The notes under the pieces were generated by a model that searched no databases, was not told the origin of the DNA, and was given only the letters and a program-made list of their open reading frames with translations. Both the position numbers and the translations under genes were made by a program. A stretch of DNA of 64,000 nucleotides from Frankiales bacterium (GTDB taxonomy: Bacteria; Actinomycetota; Actinomycetes; Mycobacteriales; SCTD01): the NCBI GenBank assembly GCA_025465135.1, contig JAODNA010000064.1, positions 35-64,034 on the forward strand. Reading direction: 5' to 3'. Positions 9,990 to 19,959 of this stretch are shown one piece after another; the stretch's first letter is position 1; each line of letters begins with the position of its first letter.

Positions 9990-11159
9990 TTGCGCGTCCT
10001 GTGGCTCACCAACATGGCGAATCCGGCCCCGCGTGCCGGCGGCGGCATCCGCTCGCTGCGGCTCGTGCAGGCGACGGCTTCGCGGTGGCCCGTCGACGTC
10101 ATCAATCTGGGGACGGGCCTCGACACCGAGAGGTACGTCGCCGTATCCGGCGCTCGCAGCGCCGCAGAAGCCCTTCCCGATGCACCCGGTCGGCTGCAGA
10201 CCCTGGTGACGGCGCTGCGTCACCAACTGCCGCTGCCGGCCTGCAGGGCGCTCAACCGAGGGCTACGCGCAGAGGTCCAACGTGCGGCTGACCTCGGCGA
10301 CGCCATCGTGATCGAGCACGGATGGATGCTCGCCTATCGACCCCGCGGCGGACGCACCATCGTGGCGCTGCACAACGTCGACTCCGAGCTCGCGCGGATG
10401 CTGCCTGCGCGTGGTGCACGTCGCTTGGAGCGTCGTTGGAACGCGAGCCGCTACCGCCGGCTGGAGCGCATGGCAGTCAACGACCCACGGACAGCGGTGA
10501 CCGTGGTGTCGCGACGTGATGCCGGGCTGCTCGGTGGTCGCACGACCGTGGTCCCGAACGGCACGGACCTGCCCGATCACGTGACGGCCGTCCCTGCCCA
10601 GGGAGATTTGATCTTCGTGGGGAGCATGGGTTATCCACCGAACGTCGACGCTCTGTCCTGGTGGGCGACCGAGGTCTGGCCGGGCACGGGGTTGCCCGCG
10701 CTCCGCGTGATCGGGCAGGGGTCGCATGACGCGCTTGGCGACCTGCTGACCCATCCCGCGCTGGACGTGATCGGAGAGGTGCCGACGATTCAGCCGTGGC
10801 TCGAGAAGGCGCGGGCCGTCGTCGTGCCCCTGCGACAGGGGTCGGGCACGAGGCTGAAGCTGCTCGAGGCGTTCGCGCACCACCGGCCGGTGGTGTCGAC
10901 GTCGAAGGGCGCCGAAGGGCTCGACGCGGAGGACGGGACGCACCTCCTCCTGGCTGACGACGCAGTTGCCTTTGCCGAGGCGGTTCGGCTGCTTCTGGCG
11001 GACGACGTGCTGGCCGAGAGACTCGCGACAGCAGGCAGCGCGCTTGCACAGCGATCGGGTTGGGGGGCCGTCACGCGCCCGTTCGTCGACGCGATCGAGA
11101 AACTGGTGGGAGCGCCCGATTCCTCAGCCGACGGGCCGCGCCTCGCAGGCCAGGCGTAG
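9990..11159 (+). CDS. GT4 family glycosyltransferase
   Basis: LHNVD, VPNGT, FVGSMGYPPN, GTRLKLLEAFA..RPVVST; paralog of 3105-4229. Confidence 0.9.
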   Translation: MRVLWLTNMANPAPRAGGGIRSLRLVQATASRWPVDVINLGTGLDTERYVAVSGARSAAEALPDAPGRLQTLVTALRHQLPLPACRALNRGLRAEVQRAADLGDAIVIEHGWMLAYRPRGGRTIVALHNVDSELARMLPARGARRLERRWNASRYRRLERMAVNDPRTAVTVVSRRDAGLLGGRTTVVPNGTDLPDHVTAVPAQGDLIFVGSMGYPPNVDALSWWATEVWPGTGLPALRVIGQGSHDALGDLLTHPALDVIGEVPTIQPWLEKARAVVVPLRQGSGTRLKLLEAFAHHRPVVSTSKGAEGLDAEDGTHLLLADDAVAFAEAVRLLLADDVLAERLATAGSALAQRSGWGAVTRPFVDAIEKLVGAPDSSADGPRLAGQA

Positions 11160-11883
11160 GAGCGAGGCCGGTAGCCACCTCCCATCCCTCGCCCCACTTC
11201 TTGGCAAGGCCCCGTCGCATATCGGCGTCACCGCGACGCCAGTACTCGTCGAGACCGCCGTGCGCGACGAGCGCAGTGGAGGCGGTCGTATGACTGAGGA
11301 AGGCTCGGCTCGTCACGACAACGTCCCACCCCGCACGACGGGCCCGCACCGCAAGGTCGATATCCGCGCCCCAACCGGTCTCTCCGAAGGCTGCCTCGTC
11401 AAGCAGGCCGATCTCGTCGAGGACCTGCCGCTTGACGTACATGCACGTGCCGTCGACGAAAGCCGCTAGTCGGGTCCGTCGGCGAGCCGGGTACTCGGCT
11501 GCAGGCCCGGTGTGGCCGTCGTGCTGGTGCGCGAAGTGGTCGTCGTACCTGGGTCCGACGATCCCGACGCCTCCGGGTCGAGCCGCCGCATGGAGACCCG
11601 CAAAGAACCCCCGCGAAAGGCGTGTGTCGTTGTTCAGCAGGACGACGGCCTCGAACGAGCCCGCGAGCGCCTGGCGCAGCCCGACGTTGGTCCCCCGCAG
11701 CCAGCCAAGGTTGCGCTCCTGCGTCAGAACCGTCTCGCTGCCGACCGGTGGGTAGTCACCGCCGTTGTCGACGACGATCGGGGCGACGAGGTCGGACTCG
11801 CGAGCGATGTCCGCCACCAAGGAGTGCGTCAGCGCGTGACGGCCGAATACGGGCACGACGACGGCCAGCCGCGGCGCCTCCAT
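11071..11883 (-). CDS. GT2 family glycosyltransferase
   Basis: VVVPVFG, VVDN, NLGW, LLNND, GWGADID; start trimmed to ATG 11883. Confidence 0.83.
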   Translation of the reverse strand: MEAPRLAVVVPVFGRHALTHSLVADIARESDLVAPIVVDNGGDYPPVGSETVLTQERNLGWLRGTNVGLRQALAGSFEAVVLLNNDTRLSRGFFAGLHAAARPGGVGIVGPRYDDHFAHQHDGHTGPAAEYPARRRTRLAAFVDGTCMYVKRQVLDEIGLLDEAAFGETGWGADIDLAVRARRAGWDVVVTSRAFLSHTTASTALVAHGGLDEYWRRGDADMRRGLAKKWGEGWEVATGLAPTPGLRGAARRLRNRALPPVSRSRRRTGA

Positions 11884-11939
11884 GCCCTGAGAGTAACCAG
11901 GGCAGGGGAGCCAGGACCGGTCGGCCTTAGGCTCGGCTG

Positions 11940-13031
11940 GTGGAGGCAGATCCCCGTGTTCTGGCGTTCTACCTGCCGCAGTTCCACCCAATCCCGGAGA
12001 ACGACGAGTGGTGGGGCCCTGGGTTTACGGAGTGGACCAAGGTCGTCCGCGGCCAGCCGCAGTTCCGAGGCCACTACCAGCCGCACCTGCCCGCCGACCT
12101 CGGGTTCTACGACCTCCGAGTGCCTGAGGTACGGGAGAAGCAGGCGCGACTCGCGCACGAGAATGGCGTGGACGGCTTCGTCTACTACCACTACTGGTTT
12201 CAAGGACGCCGTCTCCTCGAACGCCCCTTCGCAGAGGTCCTCGGCTCCGGCAGCCCAGACCTGCCTTTCGCGCTGTGCTGGGCCAACGAGAACTGGACCC
12301 GCATCTGGGACGGAGGGGCGTCGGAGGTTCTCATGGCGCAGTCGCACAGCGACGCAGACGACGCGGAGCACTTCCGATCCCTGGCAGGCGCCTTCGCCGA
12401 CCCGCGCTACATCCGGGTCGACGGTCGGCCCCTGTTCCTCGTCTACCGGGCATCGCAGCTACCAGATGCGCGGCGGACGACAGACACTTGGCGCGACGAG
12501 GCGGACCGGCTCGGAGTCCCACGGCCGTTCGTGGTCCGGGTGGAGAGCTTCCCGGACGAGCGAACACCGCCGGCGTCACTGGGGTTCGACGCGGCCGTCG
12601 ACTGGACCCCCAACTGGGGTGAGTTTGCATGGCCGCTCGGGCGCGACCTGCGGAGCCGGGTTCGGCGCAAGCTCCGCCTGTCGTCGCGAGCTTTCGCGGA
12701 GCATGCGGTCTACGACTACTCCAGTCTGATCGAGTGGCACCTGACCAACGACCGGTCAGTCGACTACGAGCGGTACCCGTGCGTCTCGCCGTCGTTCGAC
12801 AACAGCGCAAGGCGCCAGCAACGCGCAACGATTCTGCGGAACGCCAACCCCGAGGACTACGAACGCTGGCTCAGGGCCGCGCTCCAGCGCGCGGATCGCG
12901 ATCTGCCCGAGGGCCACCGCCTGGTGTTCGTCAACGCCTGGAACGAGTGGGCGGAGGGCAACCACCTCGAGCCCGATGCGCGCTGGGGAACGGCCTACCT
13001 GGAGGCGACACGCCAGGCCCGTACCGGATAG
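11940..13031 (+). CDS. WbsX / glycoside hydrolase 99-like domain protein
   Basis: AFYLPQFHPIPENDEWWGPGFTEW, LCWANENW, NAWNEWAEGNHLEPD. Confidence 0.92.
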   Translation: MEADPRVLAFYLPQFHPIPENDEWWGPGFTEWTKVVRGQPQFRGHYQPHLPADLGFYDLRVPEVREKQARLAHENGVDGFVYYHYWFQGRRLLERPFAEVLGSGSPDLPFALCWANENWTRIWDGGASEVLMAQSHSDADDAEHFRSLAGAFADPRYIRVDGRPLFLVYRASQLPDARRTTDTWRDEADRLGVPRPFVVRVESFPDERTPPASLGFDAAVDWTPNWGEFAWPLGRDLRSRVRRKLRLSSRAFAEHAVYDYSSLIEWHLTNDRSVDYERYPCVSPSFDNSARRQQRATILRNANPEDYERWLRAALQRADRDLPEGHRLVFVNAWNEWAEGNHLEPDARWGTAYLEATRQARTG

Positions 13032-13044
13032 GTCTCGCGGCCGG

Positions 13045-14193
13045 TCAGTCGGTGCCGGCTGACTCGACGTTAAGCCCCACGAAACCGGTGTGTCCGTGCC
13101 AGGGCTTGTCCCCGGTAACGGTGAACGGAAAGCTGGCCTGGTCGTAGATGAGAGGCGCCTCGGAGAAGTCCGTGAGCGAATACCAAAGCCTGTAGCTGCC
13201 CGGGGCCAGGTGCACGGGACCGATCTCGTGCCGCATCGATCTGTGCCCCTTGTCGTCGCCTTCAGGCAGCTGCGCTGCCGTGATCGCGAGCGTCAAGTTG
13301 TCTTCCGTTGCAAGGACGAAAGTCAGCAGGTACGACGCCTCGCCCACGATAACGGCACTCGACTCCAGCACGAGCCGCTCGCCTGCTTCCACGGTTCCCG
13401 CCAGCAAGCGGACGTTGGCGAAACGGGCCCCCGATCCGCGCTCGCCGCTCACGATCGTCTCGAAGACGCCCGCCTGATAGCGGTCGACTACCTCCCGCGA
13501 AGGACCATCATCGACGATCTTCCCGCCGGACAGGCAGATCGTGCGGGGCGAAACGAACTCGACGGCCCACAAGTTGTGCGTGACGAAGAGGACGGCCGCA
13601 CCCTCCTCGCGAAGCGTGGTCAGCCGCCGGTGGCTTCGCTTTTGGAACTCTGCGTCTCCCACCGACAGGACCTCGTCGACCACCATCACATCTGCGTCGA
13701 CGTGCGCGGCGACGGCGAAGCCCAGTCGGGCCAGCATGCCTGAGCTGTAACGCTTCACTGGCGTGTCCATGTAATCCGGGATGCCGGCGAAGTCGACGAT
13801 CTCGTCGTACCGCTTGCGCACTTGCGACTGCGACATGCCGAGAACCGCGCCCGCGAAGGCGACGTTCTCGCGACCGGTCAGGTCAGGGTGGAAGCCGACA
13901 CCGAGCTCGATCAGAGAGGCCACCCGCCCCTTCACGCGCAGTGAGCCACGCGTCGGCGCCGTCACCCGGGCCAAGAGCTTGAGCAGGGTCGACTTGCCCG
14001 CTCCGTTGTGGCCGATGATTGCGAGGGTCCCGCCCGGCTCGACCGAGAAGGACACGTCCTCCAAGGCCGGACGAGCGGCTGGGGGGATCCTTCGCCCGAG
14101 AGGACCCGGGACCATCTGCCGGAAGTTGATGCGCTCGACTCCCCGCCGGTAGTGCTTCCAGACGCCGTTGACTTCGATGCTGGGACCGGTCAC
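13045..14193 (-). CDS. wzt: polysaccharide ABC exporter ATPase with a C-terminal (Wzt_C-like) extension
   Basis: Walker A GHNGAGKST, YSSGMLARLGF, VDEVLSVGD; ~140-aa beta-rich tail. Confidence 0.92.
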   Translation of the reverse strand: MTGPSIEVNGVWKHYRRGVERINFRQMVPGPLGRRIPPAARPALEDVSFSVEPGGTLAIIGHNGAGKSTLLKLLARVTAPTRGSLRVKGRVASLIELGVGFHPDLTGRENVAFAGAVLGMSQSQVRKRYDEIVDFAGIPDYMDTPVKRYSSGMLARLGFAVAAHVDADVMVVDEVLSVGDAEFQKRSHRRLTTLREEGAAVLFVTHNLWAVEFVSPRTICLSGGKIVDDGPSREVVDRYQAGVFETIVSGERGSGARFANVRLLAGTVEAGERLVLESSAVIVGEASYLLTFVLATEDNLTLAITAAQLPEGDDKGHRSMRHEIGPVHLAPGSYRLWYSLTDFSEAPLIYDQASFPFTVTGDKPWHGHTGFVGLNVESAGTD

Positions 14194-15017
14194 AGCACAT
14201 CCGCCAGCCGCGGCTCGACGCTGCGTAGGTAGGCAAGCACGAGGATGAGCGCGGTCAGGCCGGCACCGGTCTGCGCGAGCAGGACAAGCGGGTTCTGCGG
14301 GAGTTCGTGCCGGAGAAGAAGGTCACGGGCGGCTGTGACCACCGCAGCCACCGGGTTGACCGCGAGCACCCAGTGCACCGACCGTGGGAGCACGCTCGGG
14401 GGGTAGACGATCGGCGAGGCGAGAAACATCATCTGCAGGACGAATGGGATGACCATACGCAGATCGCGGATGAAGACCGTCAACGTCGCCATCAGAATGC
14501 CCAGCGCCGCGGTCCAGAGGAACAGCGGCACGAGGACGACTGGCAGCAGTACGACGTGCCAGCTCAGGCCAACGCCCTGCACGATCAGCAGCACAACCGT
14601 CCCGCAGAAGCCGATTAGCAGATCAATGCTGCACGCGCCGACGGGTGCCAACGGGACGATCTCGCGGGGGAAGTAGACCTTGCCCGTGATCCCGGCAGAG
14701 TTGATCAGGCTGCTCGACGCGGACGTCAGGCTGTTGACCATGAAGGACCAAAGCGCGAGCCCCGCCCAGGCCCACGCGAGGTAGGGCAGTCCTTCGCTGC
14801 CGACCTTCAGCGCGCCATGGAGCAAGCCGCCGTAGATGGCCAGCGTGAGCGCCGGCTGGACGATCGCCCAGAGGCCCCCGAGGGCGCTCTGGCGGTAGCG
14901 CACCCGGAACTCGCGGCGAGCCCAGACCACGAGCAGCGGCCATGCTTGGCGCAGTCGCGACCTAGCGCCGACGGATCGCCAGACCCCCCCCTCAGCGATG
15001 AACTCGGGCGTCGTCAT
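14190..15017 (-). CDS. wzm: polysaccharide ABC exporter permease
   Basis: RYRQSALGGLW, KVYFPRE, SPIVYP, NP motif; coupled to wzt. Confidence 0.92.
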   Translation of the reverse strand: MTTPEFIAEGGVWRSVGARSRLRQAWPLLVVWARREFRVRYRQSALGGLWAIVQPALTLAIYGGLLHGALKVGSEGLPYLAWAWAGLALWSFMVNSLTSASSSLINSAGITGKVYFPREIVPLAPVGACSIDLLIGFCGTVVLLIVQGVGLSWHVVLLPVVLVPLFLWTAALGILMATLTVFIRDLRMVIPFVLQMMFLASPIVYPPSVLPRSVHWVLAVNPVAAVVTAARDLLLRHELPQNPLVLLAQTGAGLTALILVLAYLRSVEPRLADVL

Positions 15018-16120
15018 CGCACCACGCTCGCAGCCAGTTCTTCGGTGAGGGCGCGCACTGCATCGATGACGAAACTGACCTCCTCATCAGCCAGGTAGGG
15101 AGCGACCGGAAGCGCGAGCGTCGTCTCCGCGAGCCGATCCGCGATCGGCAGCGGGGGCCACGAGCGATCGGCGTACGCCTGCGACCTGTGCGGCGGTGTC
15201 GGATAGAAGACCTGTGTGCCGACCCCCGCGCCAGCAAGGCGCTCCTGCAGCCGATCCCGCTGCCCGTGTCTCACGTTGAACGCGTGCCAGACGTGCGACT
15301 CGGTGTCTTCCGGCACCAAAGGCAGCCCCACAACCTCGCCCAGGCCCGCGGCGTACATCGCGGCGATCTCGCGTCGGCGCTCGTTGTCGCCGCGGAGGTG
15401 CGGCAGCTTGGCGGACAAAAATGCAGCCTGCATGTCATCCAGCCTCGAGTTGTAGCCGCGGACCTCGTTGTCGTACTTACGGCGGCTGCCGTAGTTTCGG
15501 AGCAGCCGGACGCGATCCGCGAGCTGCTCGGAGTTGGTGACGACGGCGCCGGCGTCCCCCAGCGCTCCGAGGTTCTTGGTGGGGTAGAAGGAGTAGACGT
15601 CGGCGTCGGTGTCCAGGGGCTTTCCCGCCACCGTGGCACCGTGGGACTGCGCCGCGTCCGCCAGGACGAACAAGCCGTGGGCGCGGGCGGCCTCACTCAC
15701 GTCGGGATGGGTCATTTGTCCGAACAGGTGCACGGGCATCACGCCCACGGTGCGGCTGGTCACCGCCTCGGCGCAGGCGGCCCCCCGGATCGTCATCGTG
15801 CCCTCGTCCGGCTCGACCGGTACGGGGGTCGCGCCGACGGCGCTGACGGCCAGCCAGGAAGCGATGTAGGTGTTGGAGGGGACGAGGATCTCATCCCCCG
15901 GGCCGGCGCCAAGCGCGCGCAGGGCGAGGGTCAGGCCGTCCAGTGCGTTGCCGACGCCGACACAGCCCGAACGGCCGGTGTACGAAGCCCACGCGTCCTC
16001 GAACCGCTGGACTTCGTTGCCGAGGATGAACCAGCCGCCTTCGATCACGGAGACGGCGGCGGTTGACAGCTCGTCTCGAAGCGGAGCGTTGGCGCGGGCG
16101 AGGTCGAGGTAGGGAATCAC
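15014..16120 (-). CDS. DegT/DnrJ/EryC1/StrS aminotransferase (FdtB-like)
   Basis: DAAQSHGA, SFYPTKNLGALGDAG, LRNYGS, NSRLDDMQAA. Confidence 0.92.
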   Translation of the reverse strand: MIPYLDLARANAPLRDELSTAAVSVIEGGWFILGNEVQRFEDAWASYTGRSGCVGVGNALDGLTLALRALGAGPGDEILVPSNTYIASWLAVSAVGATPVPVEPDEGTMTIRGAACAEAVTSRTVGVMPVHLFGQMTHPDVSEAARAHGLFVLADAAQSHGATVAGKPLDTDADVYSFYPTKNLGALGDAGAVVTNSEQLADRVRLLRNYGSRRKYDNEVRGYNSRLDDMQAAFLSAKLPHLRGDNERRREIAAMYAAGLGEVVGLPLVPEDTESHVWHAFNVRHGQRDRLQERLAGAGVGTQVFYPTPPHRSQAYADRSWPPLPIADRLAETTLALPVAPYLADEEVSFVIDAVRALTEELAASVVR

Positions 16121-16998
16121 GACCCGCGCACGCGCTCTTCCCAGTCCGCGTGGTCTCGGATGTACTCATCCGGGTCGTAGGCCTCAGAGGCGAGGACGAG
16201 CAGGACCGCGCCCGGGGTGTGGTTGATGAGCACCCGCCAGGTCATGGCAGGCAGATAGAGACCACGAGATGCCTCGCCGAGCCGGACTCGCGCCCGCGCG
16301 ATGTGCGTATCCAGCAAGACATCGATCTCGCCGGCGACGCAGACCAGGATCTCGTCGCAGGTCTTGTGGGCGTGCTCTCCCCTGGCGGAGCCATCGGTGA
16401 CCCCGTAGACCAGGTAGGTCCGGGCGGGCAGGAAGGGCAGGTGCGCCGGGTGCTCGTAGGCCGCTAGGGAGCCCCGAAGGTCGCGGGCCGCCACGCCCTC
16501 GACCCACCTCACGCCGGCGTGCGCAACGGCAGCCAGGTCCTCCGCCGGCGTCGGTGATGGATCTGCGGGCGCGCCGGCGTCGACGTAGCCCACGATGCGA
16601 GCAGGGTTGCCCGCCACCACCGCGTGCGCCGGCACATCGCGGTCAACGGACGCGCCGGCCTGCAGCACGGCGTCATGGCCGACGGTGACGCCGGCGAGAA
16701 CAGTGCAGCCGGAACCGATCTGTGCGCGGGGGCGAATCCGCGTGGGTGATCCCTGCGTGCCTTCGACCACGACGTTGGTGCCGAGCCGAACGCCCTGCTC
16801 GAGCACGACATACGGACCGACGCGCGTCCCGGCGCCGAGGTGCGAGTCGGCTCCCACCTCAGTCGACTGGAAGACCGCAGCTCCCACGCCAAGATGGACG
16901 GAGGTCCCCAGAATGGCCTCCGGGTCGACGTAGCTAAACGCTCCGGCGTGCAGTCCGCTCGGCACCGCGCACTGGACCCTGGCATCGGCCGAGATCAC
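16117..16998 (-). CDS. WxcM-like bifunctional LbH acyltransferase / FdtA cupin 3,4-ketoisomerase
   Basis: N-terminal hexapeptide repeats with VAGNPAR; C-terminal DLRGSL, RGEHAH, LVLASEAYDPDEYIRD; GTG 16998 overlaps the upstream stop (GTGA). Confidence 0.85.
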   Translation of the reverse strand: MISADARVQCAVPSGLHAGAFSYVDPEAILGTSVHLGVGAAVFQSTEVGADSHLGAGTRVGPYVVLEQGVRLGTNVVVEGTQGSPTRIRPRAQIGSGCTVLAGVTVGHDAVLQAGASVDRDVPAHAVVAGNPARIVGYVDAGAPADPSPTPAEDLAAVAHAGVRWVEGVAARDLRGSLAAYEHPAHLPFLPARTYLVYGVTDGSARGEHAHKTCDEILVCVAGEIDVLLDTHIARARVRLGEASRGLYLPAMTWRVLINHTPGAVLLVLASEAYDPDEYIRDHADWEERVRGS

Positions 16999-17756
16999 GA
17001 CGCGGACTCCGGCCCCTGCGCGGCGGACCACTCAGATACGAGCTCGGGCGGGTAGCCGCGGTGGAAGTGCCGCGTCCAGGGATAGGCCGGACCGGAGCCG
17101 TCCGACAGCTGCACCCGTGAAGCGGCGCCGAGGGACTTGGCAGGGACCCCGGCGACAAGAGTGTCCGGCTCAACGTCGCGCCGAACGAGCGCGTGCGCTG
17201 CTATCACCGACCTCGCGCCGATCCGCACTCCTGGCAGGACGGTGCTCATGGTCGCGATGACGGCGAAGTCCTCGACCTTGACACCGGCATGGTGACCGTC
17301 GCTCGGCGGATGAGGATCATTCGTGAGCACGACGTACGGAAAGATCCAGACGAAGGAGCCGATGCGGCTCAGCTGTCCGATGTGGACGTTGCTGTGGAGG
17401 CGCACGTAGTCCCCGATAGTTGCCCGACCTTGCAGATCGGACAGCGTGCCGACCTGCAGACCGAGGCCGGTGACGAGGCCTTCCCGCATCGTCACGTGAT
17501 GGCCCGTCGTGAGGCCCGAGCCGAAAGTCGACCCCTGATAGACGACCGAGTGCGAGCGAATGTGCGCCCCAGCGCCGATCACGAGTGCTCTGCCCTCGGC
17601 GTTCGGTGTGGGCTCGCCGATGCTGCAGTGACTGCCGATCCGGCTTCCAGCGCCGATCTCCACGTCCTCGTGGACGACGGTGAACGGTCCCACCGAGACA
17701 TCAGCGGCGAGACGAGCGCTCGACGCGATCAGCGCCGTCGGGTGGACGTCGGGCAT
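16995..17756 (-). CDS. LbH N-acetyltransferase (amino-sugar acetylation)
   Basis: VHPTALI, hexapeptide repeats, LTNDPHPPS; start trimmed to ATG 17756. Confidence 0.85.
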   Translation of the reverse strand: MPDVHPTALIASSARLAADVSVGPFTVVHEDVEIGAGSRIGSHCSIGEPTPNAEGRALVIGAGAHIRSHSVVYQGSTFGSGLTTGHHVTMREGLVTGLGLQVGTLSDLQGRATIGDYVRLHSNVHIGQLSRIGSFVWIFPYVVLTNDPHPPSDGHHAGVKVEDFAVIATMSTVLPGVRIGARSVIAAHALVRRDVEPDTLVAGVPAKSLGAASRVQLSDGSGPAYPWTRHFHRGYPPELVSEWSAAQGPESAS

Positions 17757-17778
17757 GTCGCGAACGTACATGGCGGTT

Positions 17779-18912
17779 CTACACTCCCCGGATGCCAGCG
17801 GCAGCCGGGCGGGCGTCCGGCTTCCACCTGCGCAAGCGAGCTTCCAGTGGACGCTCCCAGAACTGGTGCATGGCAGCACCCAGGGCGGTGGAGATCAGCA
17901 GCAGCAGCAACCACTCCAGAGCGGCCCGACTCGCGCTCGTGGACGGGGCGGGTTGCCATACGTAGAAGATGCGCAGCACAAGCTGGTGGACAAGGTAGAA
18001 CGCGTACGTCCACTCGCCCAGCCGTACGACCCAGCCGCTCGAGATCAACCAGCCACGCCGCTCCAGGTCACCGTGCGCGGATGCCGCGATGAGCAGGCTG
18101 AAGGGCAGCAACGTGATTGCTGACACGGAGAACGCGCTCGTCGACACCAGCCCCGCCGCGAAGTAGCCCCCGACCGCGGCCAGCACTGCGGCGTAGCGCG
18201 GCACTGCCCGTAGCCGGCCGTCTGCTACCTCTAGGGCGAGCAGGGAGCCAAACAGGAACTCCGGGAGCCGGGCGAGCGGCAGGATGTATACCCACCAGAA
18301 GTCGGTCGTGCGCCGCGCGGTGTCCGGCAGGTTCGGCAGGAAGGGACTCGTCGAGCCCGCTGCGGCGATGGCGACCGTGGCGAGGGCAGCGCCGCACATC
18401 ATGAGGAGCCGCGTCCGCCGAGACATCCGCAACAGCAAGGGCAGGACGAACGGTAGGAGGGCGTAGAAGACCGCTTCCACGGCCAGCGACCACGAAGGTG
18501 CATCCATCGAAAAGTAGTAGCGGACCGAGGGAACCCAGGACTGCACCAAGAAGAGGTTGGTCACCGCCGGTCCGGGGGACACCCGGCCGTGCTCCACGAG
18601 CACGATGACCGGTATGGACAAGGCCCACCCTAACCAGTGGTTAGGGACAATGCGGGCGATGCGCCGCTGGAAGTACCTCCGGTGACTGTCCTTCTCGTGC
18701 CTTGACCAGACCAGGACGAACCCGCTCAGGATGAAGAAGAACGACAGTGCGGCCTGGCCCTGGCCGAACAGATGCCTTAGCGGAGAAAGACGCGACTGAG
18801 ACACCACCCCGAGCGCGTGGTCTCCGAAGACGATGACCGCCGCAACGGCCCGCCAGCCCGTGAGCGAAGGAAGTGGTCGCCCCGTCATAAGACTTGCAAC
18901 GTAGATCGTCAC
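17779..18912 (-). CDS. acyltransferase-3 (OafA-like) membrane O-acyltransferase
   Basis: LPSLTGWR, FFFILSGFVL, RRIARI, SWSLAVEAVFY, LGEWTYAFYLVH. Confidence 0.9.
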   Translation of the reverse strand: MTIYVASLMTGRPLPSLTGWRAVAAVIVFGDHALGVVSQSRLSPLRHLFGQGQAALSFFFILSGFVLVWSRHEKDSHRRYFQRRIARIVPNHWLGWALSIPVIVLVEHGRVSPGPAVTNLFLVQSWVPSVRYYFSMDAPSWSLAVEAVFYALLPFVLPLLLRMSRRTRLLMMCGAALATVAIAAAGSTSPFLPNLPDTARRTTDFWWVYILPLARLPEFLFGSLLALEVADGRLRAVPRYAAVLAAVGGYFAAGLVSTSAFSVSAITLLPFSLLIAASAHGDLERRGWLISSGWVVRLGEWTYAFYLVHQLVLRIFYVWQPAPSTSASRAALEWLLLLLISTALGAAMHQFWERPLEARLRRWKPDARPAAAGIRGV

Positions 18913-18957
18913 CGAACGTCGCGCTGCCTCGCGTCTCGGTTGACGTACGGCCCAGGG

Positions 18958-19956
18958 TCACTGGCGCAACCGCCTGGCGAGCCCGCGGCTGGCCCCGCGT
19001 AGCCGTGAAGGCGGTGTGGCGCTCCGCACGGCTGCCGCGGCCTCCCGATGGCCGCTCGCGCGCAGCTCCTGTCGCAACTGCCTCATCTGCGACCTGGTGA
19101 GGTCCCGACCGAGCTCAGGGGCCTGGCGCACGACGACGGCGTTCGTGGCCGCCCCAGTCGGAGCGGCACCGCCCTCCCCGCCGGCGACTCCGGCGAGGTA
19201 TGCCCAGGCTGCAACGTGCTCGTCGACCATGGACCGGTGAACAGCCGGCAGCCCGGGCCAGGACGCCAGGTGTTGCACTGCCGCCGCGTGCGACGAGAGG
19301 TGCGACCGGCTCTGGACCATCGCCAGGTGCATCTGCCCCTCATGCATGCGGTAGTCGACCAGAGGCCGCGACAGGAAGAGTGGCTCGGCAAGGGCCGCGA
19401 ACCGCAGGGTGATGGCGAGGTCTTCGAGAAAGAGGTCCTGCAGCCCGCCGGCGCGTTCGAGCAACTCCCGGCGAAAGAGGAGGGTGGGTGCATACACGCC
19501 TTGCCCTGCCAGCAACGTCCGCAGCGCGCCCGCCGGACCGGAATCTGGCGCGGGGCCTTGGGCGACGGCGCTGATCCGGTGCCCCGCCCCGTCAATGACG
19601 TAAGCCTGACCGAACGACCACTCCGCCCCGGTGCGGGTCATCTCGTCCAGTTGGCTCGGCATCCGGTCCGGCAGCCATCGATCATCCGAGGCAAGTAGCG
19701 TGAGGTAGTCGCCGTGCGCCGCTTCGTAGGCGCGCTGCAAAGTCCTGACGTGGCCCACGTTGGCCGGGTTGCGTAGCAGAGTCACGCGATCGGCGTACGG
19801 AAGAAGGCGTTCGTAAGTGGCGTCGGTGCTGGCGTCGTCGACGACGACCACCTCGATGTCCGAAGGCCCGGCCAGAACGCTTTCGACGGCTTCCGCGACA
19901 TATCGCTCGTGGTTGTAGGCAGGGATCAGGCAGGACACGACCGGCCGGCTGGGCAC
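18958..19956 (-). CDS. GT2 family glycosyltransferase
   Basis: VSCLIPAYN, VDDASTD, ASDD, LEDL. Confidence 0.88.
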   Translation of the reverse strand: MPSRPVVSCLIPAYNHERYVAEAVESVLAGPSDIEVVVVDDASTDATYERLLPYADRVTLLRNPANVGHVRTLQRAYEAAHGDYLTLLASDDRWLPDRMPSQLDEMTRTGAEWSFGQAYVIDGAGHRISAVAQGPAPDSGPAGALRTLLAGQGVYAPTLLFRRELLERAGGLQDLFLEDLAITLRFAALAEPLFLSRPLVDYRMHEGQMHLAMVQSRSHLSSHAAAVQHLASWPGLPAVHRSMVDEHVAAWAYLAGVAGGEGGAAPTGAATNAVVVRQAPELGRDLTRSQMRQLRQELRASGHREAAAAVRSATPPSRLRGASRGLARRLRQ

Positions 19957-19959
19957 GTC

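Noticed and set aside
16995-17031. Possible frameshift between the two LbH genes
   Set aside because: GTG at 16998 gives an ordinary 4-bp GTGA coupling
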